From: Nemertoderma westbladi
Taxonomy: Eukaryota; Animalia; Xenacoelomorpha
Direction: 5' to 3'
NCBI GenBank assembly: GCA_032718475.1
Contig: JAUCBJ010001919.1
Location: forward strand, 62,001-126,000
Length of the DNA stretch: 64,000 bases
This document shows positions 41,487-54,480 of the stretch, in pieces. The notes below the pieces were generated by a model, which had not been told where the DNA came from, ran no database searches, and worked only from the letters and a program-made list of their open reading frames with translations. The translations under genes were made by a program, and so were the position numbers. Within the stretch, counting starts at the first letter, position 1; each line of letters opens with the position of its first letter.

Positions 41487-43483
41487 TTCACCGTTTTTGG
41501 TTCTGCCTTTTGCTTTCTACAGTATTTTTCACCGTTTTATGTTCTGCCTTTTGCTTTCTACAGTATTTTTAGCGTTTTAGGTTCTGCCTTTTGCTTTCTA
41601 CAGCATTTTTCACCGTTTTGGTTTCTGCCTTTTGCTTTCTACAGCATTTTTCACCGTTTTTGGTTCTGCCTTTTGCTTTCTACAGCATTTTTCACCGTTT
41701 TTGGTTCTGCCTTTTGCTTTCTACAGCATTTTTCACCGTTTTAGGTTCTGCCTTTTGCTTTCTACAGCATTTTTCACCGTTTTTGGTTCTGCCTTTTGCG
41801 TTCTACAGTATTTATCACCGTTTTAGGTTCTGCCTTTTGCTTTCTACAACATTTTTCACCGTTTTTGGTTCTGCCTTTTGCGTTCTACAGTATTTTTCAC
41901 CGTTTTAGGTTCTGCTTTTTGCTTTCTACAGCATTTTTCACCGTTTTAGGTTCTGTCTTTTGCTTTCTAAAGCATTTTTCACCGTTTTTGGTTCTGCCTT
42001 TTGCTTTCTACAGCACTTTTCACCGTTTTTGGTTCTGCCTTTTGCTTTCTACAGCATTTTTCGCCGGTTTTGGTTCTGCCTTATGCGTTCTACAGTATTT
42101 TTCACCGTTTTAGGTTCTGCCTTTTGCTTTCTACAGCATTTTTCACCGTTTTTGGTTCTGCCTTTTGCGTTCTACAGTATTTTTCACCGTTTTAGGTTCT
42201 GCCTTTTGCTTTCTACAGCATTTTTCACCGTTTTAGGTTCTGCCTTTTACTTTCTACAGTATTTTTCACCGTTTTAGGTTCTGTCTTTTGCTTTCTACAG
42301 CATTTTTCACCGTTTTTGGTTCTGCCTTTTGTTTTCTACAGTATTTTTCACCATTTTTGGTTTTGCCTTTCGCTTTCTACAGTATTTTTCACCGTTTTAG
42401 GTTCTGCCTTTTGCTTTCTACTGCACTTTTCACCGTTTTTGGTTCTGTCTTTTGCTTTCTACCGTATTTTTCACCGTTTTAGGTTCTGACTTTAGCTTTC
42501 TACAGCATTTTTCACCGTTTTAGGTTCTGCCTTTTGCTTTCTACAGCACTTTTCACCGTTTTTGGTTCTGCCTTTTGCTTTCTACAGTATTTTTCACCGT
42601 TTTTGGTTCTGCCTTTTTCTTTCTACTGTATTTTTCACCGTTTTTGGTTCTACCTGTTGCTTTCTACAGTATTTTTCACCGTTTTTGGTTCTGCCTTTTG
42701 CTTTCTACATCATTTTTCACCGTTTTTGGTTCTGCCTTTTGCTTTCTACAGCATTTTCCACAGTTTTTGGTTCTGCCTTTTGCATTCTACAGCATTTTTC
42801 ACCGTTTTGGGTTCTGCCTTTTGCTTTCTACAGCATTTTTCACCGTTTTTGGTTCTGCCTTTTGCTTTCTACTGTATTTTTCACCGTTTTAGGTTCTGCC
42901 TTTTGCTTTCTACAGTATTTTTCACCGTTTTTGGTTCTGCCTTTTTCTTTCTACTGTATTTTTTCACCGTTTTTGGTTCTACCTGTTGCTTTCTACAGTA
43001 TTTTTCACCGTTTTTGGTTCTGCCTTTTGCTTTCTACAGTATTTTTCACCGTTTTTGGTTCTACCTGTTGCTTTCTACAGTATTTTTCACCGTTTTTGGT
43101 TCTGCCTTTTGCTTTCTACAGCATTTTTCACCGTTTTAGGTTCTGACTTTAGCGTTATGCAGTATTTTTCACCGTTTTTGGTTCTACCTGTTGCTTTCTA
43201 CAGTATTTTTCACCGTTTTTGGTTCTGCCTTTTGCTTTCTACAGTATTTTTCACCGTTTTTGGTTCTACCTGTTGCTTTCTACAGTATTTTTCACCGTTT
43301 TTGGTTCTGCCTTTTGCTTTCTACAGCATTTTTCACCGTTTTAGGTTCTGACTTTAGCGTTATGCAGTATTTTTCACCGTTTTTGGTTCTGCCTTTTGCT
43401 TTCTACAGTATTTTTCACTGTTTTAGGTTCTGCCTTTTGCTTTATACACTATATTTTTCACCTTTTTACTTTTAGGTTCAGCT
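41487..43483 (+). repeat. 41-bp pyrimidine-rich tandem array (~48 copies) resembling the intron-3/exon-4 acceptor
   Basis: Unit TTTTTCACCGTTTT(A/T)GGTTCTGCCTTTTGCTTTCTACAG(T/C)A, merging into the true acceptor TTTTTCACCTTTTTACTTTTAG|GTTCAGCTTT. Confidence 0.95.
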
Positions 43484-43870
43484 TTGGGGGTTTCCTTTGG
43501 CTACTGGCTTGGCGTTTCTTTCCTTTTATTTATATTCGTAAACTTGTTCAACGCCCCCTTACGATTAGTTGAGATATTGCATCTAACAGGGTACTCCCTA
43601 TTCAGCCACTGCGTGGTGCTACTAACTTCCACAGTTATACATCCAGTCCACTCTCACAACTTTTTCTACCTGCTCTGTGCGACCTTTGGAGGTCTGTCTG
43701 GATTGCGGTTGGTCTCGGTATATATGCGATCCCCAGTGTCTAGGAACCAGCGGCTCCTTGTCTCTGTAACTGCAGTCTCATTACATGTACTCTTTATGTT
43801 GTATCTTCACTTTGCTTATCACCAAACTGTTACCACCATTGACGGTGTACTTGGTGCAATTGATATTTAA
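43476..43870 (+). CDS. YIPF3: YIPF3 last coding exon
   Basis: GSALGVSFGYWLGVS..GYSLFSHCVVL..GGLSGLRLV..LHVLFMLYLHFAYH matches the YIPF3 transmembrane region. The four exons sum to 1002 nt (333 aa + stop) with consistent phases. Confidence 0.93.
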
Positions 43871-44308
43871 ACTTATTGTGGTTTATAGACTATATCGTTT
43901 TTTGCTTTAATTTATTTTTTGCGGGTTCATTTCATACAATATACCAGGGATCTCATTTTCCCGACCGTTTATTTTATTTGTTGTCCCCAGGCCAGGTTCG
44001 GCCACCATTGTTGTCCCGTGACTAACTCAAATCACACTGATCGCACTCGGGTTCTAACCGCAATAGTCGCTTTAGTGGTGTAGACAACTTCAAAATACAA
44101 ACATATCGACCAGACCTTTAATATCCGGGGTGGTATAACGAAACAAAACAAAATACAACTTCATTTTCGTTTCATAAATTTCGTTGTATTGTATAAAACA
44201 AATTTTCATTTCATTTCAATTCGATTTTTTATCATTTTTGTTGAATGTTTTTATAAAATTTTTTTTTTCTAAATTTTAAATTCGTTTCGTTTTTTTGTTC
44301 TATTTTTA

Positions 44309-47300
44309 CGGAGCCCCTAAAGGGACATGAAAAAAAATGTTCTTATCTCGGTCCCCGACTTAATAACTCGGGCCCCGAGATAACCAACCAATCAGTGAGT
44401 TGAATTATCTCGGGCCCGACTTAATAACTCGGGCCCCGAGATAACCAAGCAATCAGTGAGTTGAATTATCTCGGGCCCCGACTTAATAACTCGGGCCCCG
44501 AGATAACCAACCAATCAGTGAGTTGAATTATCTCGGGCCCCGACTTAATAACTCGGGCCCAGAGATAACCAACCAATAAGTGAGTTGAATTATCTCGGGC
44601 CCCGACTTAATAACTCGGGCCCTGAGATAACCAACCAATCAGTGAGTTGAATTATCTCGGGCCCCGACTTAATAACTCGGGCCCAGAGATAACCAACCAA
44701 TAAGTGAGTTGAATTATCTCGGGCCCCGACTTAATAACTCGGGCCCAGAGATAACCAACTAATAAGTGAGTTGAATTATTTCGGGCCCCGACTTAATAAC
44801 TCGGGCCCTGAGATAACCAACCAATCAGTGAGTTGAATTATCTCGGGCCCCGACTTAATAACTCGGGCCCCGAGATAACCAACCAATCAGTGAGTTGAAT
44901 TATCTCGGGCCCCGACTTAATAACTCGGGCCCTGAGATAACCAACCAATCAGTGAGTTGAATTATCTCGGGCCCCGACTTAATAACTCGGGCCCCGAGAT
45001 AACCAACCAATCAGTGAGTTGAATTATCTCGGGCCCCGACTTAATAACTCGGGCCCCGAGATAACCAACCAATCAGTGAGTTGAATTATCTCGGGCCCGA
45101 CTTAATAACTCGGGCCCTGAGATAACCAACCAATCAGGGAGTTTAATTATCTCGGCCCCCGACTTAATAAAACTCGGGCCCCGAGATAACCAACCAATCA
45201 GTGAGTAGGTGAATTATCTCGGGCCCCGACTTAATAACTCGGGCCCCGAGATAACCAACCAATCAGTGAGTTGAATTATCTCGGGCCCGACTTAATAACT
45301 CGGGCCCTGAGATAACCAACCAATCAGTGAGTTTAATTATCTCGGCCCCCGACTTAATAAAACTCGGGCCCCGAGATAACCAACCAATCAGTGAGTTGAA
45401 TTATCTCGGGCCCGACTTAATAACTCGGGCCCTGAGATAACCAACCAATCAGGGAGTTTAATTATCTCGGCCCCCGACTTAATAAAACTCGGGCCCTGAG
45501 ATAACCAACCAATCAGTGAGTTTAATTATCTCGGCCCCCGACTTAATAACTCGGGCCCCGAGATAACCAACCAATCAGTGAGTTGAATTATCTCGGGCCC
45601 CGACTTAATAACTCGGGCCCCGAGATAACCAACCAATCAGTGAGTTGAATTATCTCGGGCCCGACTTAATAACTCGGGCCCTGAGATAACCAACCAATCA
45701 GGGAGTTTAATTATCTCGGCCCCCGACTTAATAAAACTCGGGCCCCGAGATAACCAACCAATCAGTGAGTAGGTGAATTATCTCGGGCCCCGACTTAATA
45801 ACTCGGGCCCTGAGATAACCAACCAATCAGTGAGTTGAATTATCTCGGGCCCGACTTAATAACTCGGGCCCTGAGATAACCAACCAATCAGTGAGTTTAA
45901 TTATCTCGGCCCCCGACTTAATAAAACTCGGCCTCCGAGATAACCAACCAATCAGTGAGTTGAATTATCTCGGGCCCCGACTTAATAACTCGGGCCCCGA
46001 GATAACCAACCAATCACTGAGTTGAATTATCTCGGGCCCCGACTTAATAACTCGGGCCCCGAGATAACCAACCAATCAGTGAGTTGAATTATCTCGGGCC
46101 CGCCTTAATAACTCGGGCCCTGAGATAACCAACCAATCAGTGAGTTGAATTATCTCGGGCCCCGACTTAATAACTCGGGCCCCGAGATAACCAACCAATC
46201 AGTGAGTTGAATTATCTCGGGCCCCGAGATAATCAACCAATCAGTGAGTTGAATTATCTCGAGCCCCGACTTAATAACTCGGCCCCTGAGATAACCAACC
46301 AATCAGTGAGTTGAATTATCTCGGGCCCGACTTAATAACTCGGGCCCCGAGATAACCAACCAATCAGTGAGTTGAATTATCTCGGGCCCGACTTAATAAC
46401 TCGGCCCCTGAGATAACCAACCAATCAGTGAGTTGAATTATCTCGGGCCCGACTTAATAACTCGGGCCCCGAGATAACCAACCAATCAGTGAGTTGAATT
46501 ATCTCGGGCCCCGACATAATCAACCAATCAGTGAGTTGAATTATCTCGGGCCCGACTTAATAACTCGGGCCCCGAGATACCCAACCAATCAGTGAGTTGA
46601 ATTATCTCGGGCCCCGACTTAATAACTCGGGCCCCGAGATAACCAACCAATCAGTGAGTTGAATTATCTCGGGCCCGACTTAATAACTCGGGCCCTGAGA
46701 TAACCAACCAATCAGTGAGTTTAATTATCTCGGCCCCCGACTTAATAAAACTCGGGCCCCGAGATAACCAACCAATCAGTGAGTTGAATTATCTCGGGCC
46801 CGACTTAATAACTCGGGCCCTGAGATAACCAACCAATCAGGGAGTTTAATTATCTCGGCCCCCGACTTAATAAAACTCGGGCCCTGAGATAACCAACCAA
46901 TCAGTGAGTTTAATTATCTCGGCCCCCGACTTAATAACTCGGGCCCCGAGATAACCAACCAATCAGTGAGTTGAATTATCTCGGGCCCCGACTTAATAAC
47001 TCGGGCCCCGAGATAACCAACCAATCAGTGAGTTGAATTATCTCGGGCCCGACTTAATAACTCGGGCCCTGAGATAACCAACCAATCAGGGAGTTTAATT
47101 ATCTCGGCCCCCGACTTAATAAAACTCGGGCCCCGAGATAACCAACCAATCAGTGAGTAGGTGAATTATCTCGGGCCCCGACTTAATAACTCGGGCCCTG
47201 AGATAACCAACCAATCAGTGAGTTGAATTATCTCGGGCCCGACTTAATAACTCGGGCCCTGAGATAACCAACCAATCAGTGAGTTTAATTATCTCGGCCC

Positions 47301-50300
47301 CCGACTTAATAAAACTCGGCCTCCGAGATAACCAACCAATCAGTGAGTTGAATTATCTCGGGCCCCGACTTAATAACTCGGGCCCCGAGATAACCAACCA
47401 ATCACTGAGTTGAATTATCTCGGGCCCCGACTTAATAACTCGGGCCCCGAGATAACCAACCAATCAGTGAGTTGAATTATCTCGGGCCCGCCTTAATAAC
47501 TCGGGCCCTGAGATAACCAACCAATCAGTGAGTTGAATTATCTCGGGCCCCGACTTAATAACTCGGGCCCCGAGATAACCAACCAATCAGTGAGTTGAAT
47601 TATCTCGGGCCCCGAGATAATCAACCAATCAGTGAGTTGAATTATCTCGAGCCCCGACTTAATAACTCGGCCCCTGAGATAACCAACCAATCAGTGAGTT
47701 GAATTATCTCGGGCCCGACTTAATAACTCGGGCCCCGAGATAACCAACCAATCAGTGAGTTGAATTATCTCGGGCCCGACTTAATAACTCGGCCCCTGAG
47801 ATAACCAACCAATCAGTGAGTTGAATTATCTCGGGCCCGACTTAATAACTCGGGCCCCGAGATAACCAACCAATCAGTGAGTTGAATTATCTCGGGCCCC
47901 GACATAATCAACCAATCAGTGAGTTGAATTATCTCGGGCCCGACTTAATAACTCGGGCCCCGAGATACCCAACCAATCAGTGAGTTGAATTATCTCGGGC
48001 CCCGACTTAATAACTCGGGCCCCGAGATAACCAACCAATCAGTGAGTTGAATTATCTCGGGCCCGACTTAATAACTCGGGCCCCGAGATAACCAACCAAT
48101 CAGTGAGTTGAATTATCTCGGGCCCGACTTAATAACTCGGCCCCTGAGATAACCAACCAATCAGTGAGTTGAATTATCTCGGGCCCCGACTTAATAACTC
48201 GGCCCCTGAGATAACCAACCAATCAGTGTGTTAAATTATCTCGGGCCCCGAGATAATCAACCAATCAGTGAGTTGAATTATCTCGGGCCCGACTTAATAA
48301 ATCGGGCCCTGAGATAACCAACCAATCAGTGAGTTGAATTATCTCGGGCCCCGACTTAATAAATCGGGCCCTGAGATAACCAACCAATCAGTGAGTTGAA
48401 TTATCTCGGGCCCGACTTAATAACTCGGCCCCTGAGATAACCAACCAATCAGTGAGTTGAATTATCTCGGGCCCCGAGATAATCAACCAATCAGTGAGTT
48501 GAATTATCTCGGGCCCGACTTAATAACTCGGGCCCCGAGATAACCAACCAATCAGTGAGTTGAATTATCTCGGGCCCCGACTTAATAAATCGGGCCCTGA
48601 GATAACCAACCAATCAGTGAGTTGAATTATCTCGGCCCCCGACTTAATAAAACTCGGGCCCCGAGATAACCAACCATTCAGTGAGTTGAATTATCTCGGG
48701 CCCCGAGATAATCAACCAATCAGTGAGTTGAATTATCTCGAGCTCCGACTTAATAACTCGGCCCCTGAGATAACCAACCAATCAGTGAGTTGAATTATCT
48801 CGGGCCCCGACTTAATAACTCGGCCCCTGAGATAACCAACCAATCAGTGAGTTAAATTATCTCGGGCCCCGAGATAATCAACCAATCAGTGAGTTGAATT
48901 ATCTCGGGCCCGACTTAATAAATCGGGCCCTGAGATAACCAACCAATCAGTGAGTTGAATTATCTCGGGCCCCGACTTAATAAATCGGGCCCTGAGATAA
49001 CCAACCAATCAGTGAGTTGAATTATCTCGGGCCCCGACTTAATAAATCGGGCCCTGAGATAACCAACCAATCAGTGAGTTGAATTATCTCGGGCCCGACT
49101 TAATAACTCGGCCCCTGAGATAACCAACCAATCAGTGAGTTGAATTATTTCGGGCCCCGACTTAATAACTCGGGCCCCGAGATAACCAACCAATCAGTGA
49201 GTTGAATTATCTCGGGCCCCGACTTAACTCGGCCCCTGAGATAACCAACCAATCAGTGAGTTGAATTATCTCGGGCCCCGAGATAACCAACCAATCAGTG
49301 AGTTGAATTATCTCGGGCCCCGACTTAATAAATCGGGCCCTGAGATAACCAACCAATCAGTGAGTTGAATTATCTCGGCCCCCGACTTAATAAAACTCGG
49401 GCCCCGAGATAACCAACCATTCAGTGAGTTGAATTATCTCGGGCCCCGAGATAATCAACCAATCAGTGAGTTGAATTATCTCGAGCTCCGACTTAATAAC
49501 TCGGCCCCTGAGATAACCAACCAATCAGTGAGTTGAATTATCTCGGGCCCCGACTTAATAACTCGGCCCCTGAGATAACCAACCAATCAGTGAGTTGAAT
49601 TATCTCGGGCCCCGACTTAATCAACCAATCAGTGAGTTGAATTATCTCGGGCCCGACTTAATAACTCGGGCCCCGAGATAACCAACCAATCAGTGAATTG
49701 AATTATCTCGGGCCCCGACTTCATAACTCGGGCCCCGAGATAACCAACCAATCAGTGAGTTGAATTATCTCGGGCCCCGAGATAACCAACCAATCAGTGA
49801 GTTGAATTATCTCGGGCCCCGACTTAATAACTCGGGCCCCGAGATAACCAATCAATCAGTGAGTTGAATTATCTCGGGCCCCGACTTAATAACTCGGGCC
49901 CCGAGATAACCAATCAATCAGTGAGTTGAATTATCTCGGGCCCCGACTTAATAACTCGGGCCCCGAGATAACCAACCAATCAGTGAGTTGAATTATCTCG
50001 GGCCCCGACTTAATAACTCGGGCCCCGAGATAACCAATCAATCAGTGAGTTGAATTATCTCGGGCCCCGACTTAATAACTCGGGCCCCGAGATAACCAAC
50101 CAATCAGTGAGTTGAATTATCTCGGGCCCCGACTTAATAACTCGGGCCCCGAGATAACCAATCAATCAGTGAGTTGAATTATCTCGGGCCCCGACTTAAT
50201 AACTCGGGCCCCGAGATAACCAACCAATCAGTGAGTTGAATTATCTCGGGCCCCGAGATAACCAACCAATCAGTGAGTTGAATTATCTCGGGCCCCAATT

Positions 50301-50728
50301 TAATAACTCGGGCCCCGAGAAAACTAACCAATCAGTGAGCTTAATTATCTCGGGCCCCGACATAATAACTCGGGCCCCGAGAAAACTAACCAATCAGTGA
50401 GTTTAATTATCTCGGGCCCCGACATAATAACTCGGGCCCCGAGATAACCAACCAATCAGTGAGTTTAATTATCTGGGGGCCCCGGGATTTTTTAATAGAA
50501 GGCTTGTGTGACATGTGTTGTTGTCAATCTGAGCGAGTTGAAGTGCTTAGGGTTGTCCTGTACTTGTACTGCACTATGCCTATCCTATCTGCATATAGGA
50601 TTACTGAATTAGATCCCGAGATGATTTAACTAACTGATTGGTTGATTATCTAGGGGCCCGAGTAATTAAGTCGGGGCCCAAGATAATAAAAAAATAAAAA
50701 TATTTTTCATGCCCCTTTATGGGCTCCG
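44309..50728. mobile_element. Non-autonomous DNA transposon (MITE-like) with ~110-bp imperfect TIRs, flanked by TA
   Basis: Left end TA|CGGAGCCCCTAAAGGGACATGAAAAA; right end TTTTTCATGCCCCTTTATGGGCTCCG|TA. No ORF. Confidence 0.85.
44346..50482. repeat. ~62-bp tandem array (~100 copies) inside the TIR element
   Basis: Unit GAGATAACCAACCAATCAGTGAGTTGAATTATCTCGGGCCCCGACTTAATAACTCGGGCCCC, with 61-, 64- and ~42-bp variants. Confidence 0.97.
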
Positions 50729-50988
50729 TAATTTATCTAATAATTCGCATGTCGATCTTTACGGATGCATGTAGGTAAATATTGTCAAAATCTATTGATT
50801 ATTACAAAACGGTGGTCCTTGTACACCTTACAATGTACTTACACTGCCGTAAACAACATACCGGTATCCGTAACACAGACTGTAAGGTTTACGTGAGTGA
50901 TGATGATGTATGATATTGTGTTAATAGTTTGCGCATTCTTAACATTTTGTGCTTTATGTCGAAAACTAATTAGTCCACTTACATTTTG

Positions 50989-53366
50989 ATTGTGTCTAAA
51001 CCGGAGATTCGGTATCGGGCTGTGGTATAGTCATTGTGTCTACACCCGAGATTCGGTATCGGGCTATGGTATAGTCATTGTGTCTACACCCGAGATTCGG
51101 TATCGGGCTATGGTATAGTCATTGTGTCTAAACCCGAGATTCGGTATCGGGCTATGGTATAGTCATTGTGTCTACACCGGAGATTCGGTATCGGGCTATG
51201 GTATAGTCATTGTGTGTACACCGGAGATTCGGTATCGGGCTGTGGTATAGTCATTGTGTCTACACCGGAGATTCGGTATCGGGCTGTGGTATAGTCATTG
51301 TGTCTACACCGGAGATTCGGTATCGGGCTATGGTATAGTCATTGTGTCTACACCCGAGATTCGGTATCGGGCTATGGTATAGTCATTGTGTCTACACCGG
51401 AGATTCGGTATCGGGCTATGGTATAGTCATTGTGTCTACACCGGAGATTCGGTATCGGGCTATGGTATAGTCATTGTGTCTACACCCGAGATTCGGTATC
51501 GGGCTATGGTATAGTCATTGTGTCTATACCGGAGATTCGGTATCGGGCTGTGGTATAGTCATTGTGTCTACACCCGAGATTCGGTATCGGGCTATGGTAT
51601 AGTCATTGTGTCTACACCGGAGATTCGGTATCGGGCTATGGTATAGTCATTGTGTCTACACCGGAGATTCGGTATCGGGCTGTGGTATAGTCATTGTGTC
51701 TACACCCGAGATTCGGTATCGGGCTATGGTATAGTCATTGTGTCTACACCGGAGATTCGGTATCGGGCTATGGTATAGTCATTGTGTCTACACCCGAGAT
51801 TCGGTATCGGGCTATGGTATAGTCATTGTGTCTACACCGGAGATTCGGTATCGGGCTGTGGTATAGTCATTGTGTCTACACCCGAGATTCGGTATCGGGC
51901 TATGGTATAGTCATTGTGTCTACACCCGAGATTCGGTATCGGGCTATGGTATAGTCATTGTGTCTACACCGGAGATTCGGTATCGGGCTGTGGTATAGTC
52001 ATTGTGTCTACACCCGAGATTCGGTATCGGGCTGTGGTATAGTCATTGTGTCTACACCCGAGATTCGGTATCGGGCTATGGTATAGTCATTGTGTCTACA
52101 CCCGAGATTCGGTATCGGGCTGTGGTATAGTCATTGTGTCTACACCGGAGATTCGGTATCGGGCTGTGGTATAGTCATTGTGTCTACACCCGAGATTCGG
52201 TATCGGGCTATGGTATAGTCATTGTGTCTACACCCGAGATTCGGTATCGGGCTATGGTATAGTCATTGTGTCTACACCGGAGATTCGGTATCGGGCTATG
52301 GTATAGTCATTGTGTCTACACCGGAGATTCGGTATCGGGCTATGGTATAGTCATTGTGTCTACACCGGAGATTCGGTATCGGGCTATGGTATAGTCATTG
52401 TGTCTACACCGGAGATTCGGTATCGGGCTGTGGTATAGTCATTGTGTCTACACCCGAGATTCGGTATCGGGCTGTGGTATAGTCATTGTGTCTACACCGG
52501 AGATTCGGTATCGGGCTGTGGTATAGTCATTGTGTCTACACCCGAGATTCGGTATCGGGCTATGGTATAGTCATTGTGTCTACACCCGAGATTCGGTATC
52601 GGGCTATGGTATAGTCATTGTGTCTACACCGGAGATTCGGTATCGGGCTATGGTATAGTCATTGTGTCTACACCGGAGATTCGGTATCGGGCTATGGTAT
52701 AGTCATTGTGTCTACACCGGAGATTCGGTATCGGGCTATGGTATAGTCATTGTGTCTACACCGGAGATTCGGTATCGGGCTGTGGTATAGTCATTGTGTC
52801 TACACCCGAGATTCGGTATCGGGCTGTGGTATAGTCATTGTGTCTACACCCGAGATTCGGTATCGGGCTATGGTATAGTCATTGTGTCTACACCGGAGAT
52901 TCGGTATCGGGCTATGGTATAGTCATTGTGTCTAAACCCGAGATTCGGTATCGGGCTATGGTATAGTCATTGTGTCTACACCGGAGATTCGGTATCGGGC
53001 TATGGTATAGTCATTGTGTCTACACCGGAGATTCGGTATCGGGCTATGGTATAGTCATTGTGTCTACACCCGAGATTCGGTATCGGGCTATGGTATAGTC
53101 ATTGTGTCTACACCGGAGATTCGGTATCGGGCTATGGTATAGTCATTGTGTCTACACCGGAGATTCGGTATCGGGCTATGGTATAGTCATTGTGTCTACA
53201 CCCGAGATTCGGTATCGGGCTGTGGTATAGTCATTGTGTCTACACCCGAGATTCGGTATCGGGCTATGGTATAGTCATTGTGTCTACACCGGAGATTCGG
53301 TATCGGGCTATGGTATAGTCATTGTGTCTACACCCGAGATTCGGTATCGGGCTATGGTATAGTCAT
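50989..53366. repeat. 44-bp minisatellite (~54 copies)
   Basis: Unit ATTGTGTCTACACC(G/C)GAGATTCGGTATCGGGCT(A/G)TGGTATAGTC. Confidence 0.98.
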
Positions 53367-54301
53367 AGTCAAGGACATTTGACGATTAATTTTGGTGTCA
53401 ATTGCTTTTATGGGATTGATGACGTAGATGTTAGTTCGAGCCTACTTTCTTACACCTTTTGTGGCATATATCTAGACAATGATGTCATTATATTCTTGTT
53501 TAGATGGTAGATGACCTGAATCCAAGGTCTCCGGGAGATATGAATTCAATATAATTAATAATATACTGCCAAAATAATGTGTTTTGGATTGTTTTATATA
53601 TAATTTGGTGAAAATGTAAGATTTATTCAGAAAGTGAATTATTTGGTGCAAATCCGATCTATTTGGTTTTTTATTATTTTTTGCAACAACTTTAATTGGT
53701 TTATCTCTAATACATACTTGATGAATATCACAAAATTATATTCATTGAAAATGTAATTGCTATTTCTAAAGCTATATTATGTGTCATTTGCTCTTGCGCA
53801 AGTCCCCCCACTACTGGGAGGCTTACTGTAATATCATGCATGATATGCAATTGGATGCAACCAAAAGGCCCATCATTAATAACAACAAACTCCTTTCTCT
53901 CCGTGTGCTAAACGTGCCAAACACCACAAATGTGTGTATTTATCATTCTTACAGTAATCATTAGGTTACGCCTTCATATCGTTGTGGTGGGTTTTTCTTT
54001 GTTTAGCATCAAAATGGAATGAAATACAATAGGAATTATGACGCAAGTGTTACAACTGAGGGTGTTACTGAACACACCCAGTCTCTTATCTTTCCAAACA
54101 TTACACACGGAGCATAAACATAGGGAAATGTGTCCATTAATGAGAGGAGATCCTGGCGAGTGCAGTTCATCGCGATTGCATCAATTAATTCATTGCAAAG
54201 CGCCAGCGATACTAACCAACGATTTGTAATATCGTTAACACGGAGAGCTCGGCCTATGGTGTCTCGTCGCCTACAGCCGCACCCTGTGTGCGCACCAGGG
54301 A

Positions 54302-54330
54302 CCCCCCCCCCCCCCCCCCCTCCCCCCTCC
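54302..54330. repeat. Poly-C tract
   Basis: 19 consecutive C followed by TCCCCCCTCC. Confidence 0.85.
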
Positions 54331-54480
54331 TAATATAATACAGGGTAAAACAGCCTCGTCATAGTGATGATAACAGGCGAAACCCATCGCAACTGTTGTA
54401 CCGGAATAAATCTAACAATAAATTAAACATATTAGCTGTCCAGATTAATGGAAAACCATCGGGGTTATAGCATTACGTAG

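Noticed and set aside
41570-43430. TTTTAG|GT units as canonical recursive splice sites
   Set aside because: The regenerated donor would be GTTCTG, a poor 5' splice-site match, so this is unsupported without RNA data.
53322-54333. Short ORFs between the 44- and 40-bp arrays
   Set aside because: No recognisable motifs or consistent splice structure; the poly-Pro comes from the poly-C tract.
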